Positions 13,480-13,784 of a stretch of 13,784 nucleotides of DNA are shown here, piece after piece. Under the pieces are notes generated by a model that saw only the letters and a list, made by a program, of their open reading frames with translations, was not told the origin of the DNA and did no database searches. This stretch comes from an uncultured Clostridia bacterium (lineage in GTDB: Bacteria; Bacillota; Clostridia; Christensenellales; Aristaeellaceae), in NCBI GenBank assembly GCA_937907055.1, contig CALCTW010000122.1, positions 1-13,784 on the forward strand, read 5' to 3'. Position 1 is the first letter of the stretch; each line of letters begins with the position of its first letter. A program made the translations under genes and the position numbers.

Positions 13480-13526
13480 GCCTCGTTATATTCGTTAAAA
13501 ATATCGTCAATGGCGCGGCAGAGCGC

Positions 13527-13676
13527 TCAGACGCTCTCCTCTGCAGCAGTTTCCTCCTCCGCGCTGCGGGAGCCGGCTGCTTTAAAGTGGGGCTTGCCCA
13601 GCAGCAGGAAAATGAGAATGTAATCGGAAAGGGTCGCGTTCAGGGTCTGCACGAGAGAGAGCAGCTTTGCTTGCAT
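13527..13676 (-). CDS. Hypothetical small protein (49 aa) with one hydrophobic helix and an acidic tail
   Basis: RBS tggagga (gtggaggaaaaaaccATG) precedes ATG 13676. Translation: MQAKLLSLVQTLNATLSDYILIFLLLGKPHFKAAGSRSAEEETAAEESV. I recognise no family, so the call rests on RBS and ORF only. Confidence 0.3.
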   Translation of the reverse strand: MQAKLLSLVQTLNATLSDYILIFLLLGKPHFKAAGSRSAEEETAAEESV

Positions 13677-13693
13677 GGTTTTTTCCTCCACAT

Positions 13694-13720
13694 AAAAAAA
13701 TAAGCCGCCATTCAGGCGGC
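13694..13720 (-). terminator. Rho-independent terminator of a gene lying beyond the right window edge
   Basis: GC stem gccgcc (13704-13709) pairs with ggcggc (13715-13720) around a 5-nt loop. On the minus strand it is followed by TTATTTTTTTAT. Confidence 0.6.
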
Positions 13721-13784
13721 AGCTCCAAAGAATAGGAAACAAGGGGGAAAAAACGACCCCTGCTCTGTCCTTTTGCCTGAGAGA

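Noticed and set aside
13402-13526. A possible riboswitch upstream of the ECF S-component gene
   Set aside because: The leader after the best promoter is only ~45 nt, and I could not recognise any conserved riboswitch core by eye. Kept only as an open question in the findings.
1-13784. A scan for CRISPR arrays, tRNA/rRNA genes, IS elements, integrases, toxin-antitoxin pairs or phage genes
   Set aside because: I found no spaced direct repeats, no cloverleaf-like or rRNA-like sequence, and no transposase, integrase or recombinase-like ORF on either strand. The only breakpoint (1721-1745) has no inverted repeats or target-site duplication that would indicate a mobile element.

Overview
This window is a composite. 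Nt 1 to ~1740 is an internal fragment of a Bacteroidota-type peptidase C25 / T9SS PorU-like gene (+ strand, open at the window edge, no stop codon). At ~1721-1745 it runs head-on into the 3'-truncated end of a convergent DegV-family gene, with no stop codons and no intergenic DNA. This looks like a chimeric or artificial join.

From there to 13784 the DNA looks like a Firmicutes/Clostridia chromosomal segment, with AGGAGG-type RBSs, hairpin+T terminators and a SpoIIE-type phosphatase. It carries:
- a DegV-family gene and a DUF4298-like gene;
- a tightly packed five-gene minus-strand operon: STAS anti-sigma antagonist, DUF2156/LPG-synthase-C-like protein, MATE/MOP transporter with a degenerate RsbW-like HATPase domain at its C-terminus, TM/Cache-like/HAMP/PP2C phosphatase, and RsbW/SpoIIAB-like kinase;
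- a divergently transcribed ECF sigma factor followed by a 71-aa acidic ORF whose C-terminal half resembles a degenerate double-glycine leader;
- a convergent pair of bacteriocin-type ABC genes: a stand-alone 241-aa NBD, then a 729-aa accessory-domain/TMD/NBD exporter;
- an ECF-transporter S component and a small ORF.

The best candidate for an undescribed system is the partner-switching operon. Its apparent output is a membrane transporter-pseudokinase fusion plus an MprF-synthase-like enzyme rather than a co-encoded sigma factor.

I saw no rRNA, tRNA, CRISPR array, transposase or integrase. All family assignments come from motif recognition by eye, with no database search.
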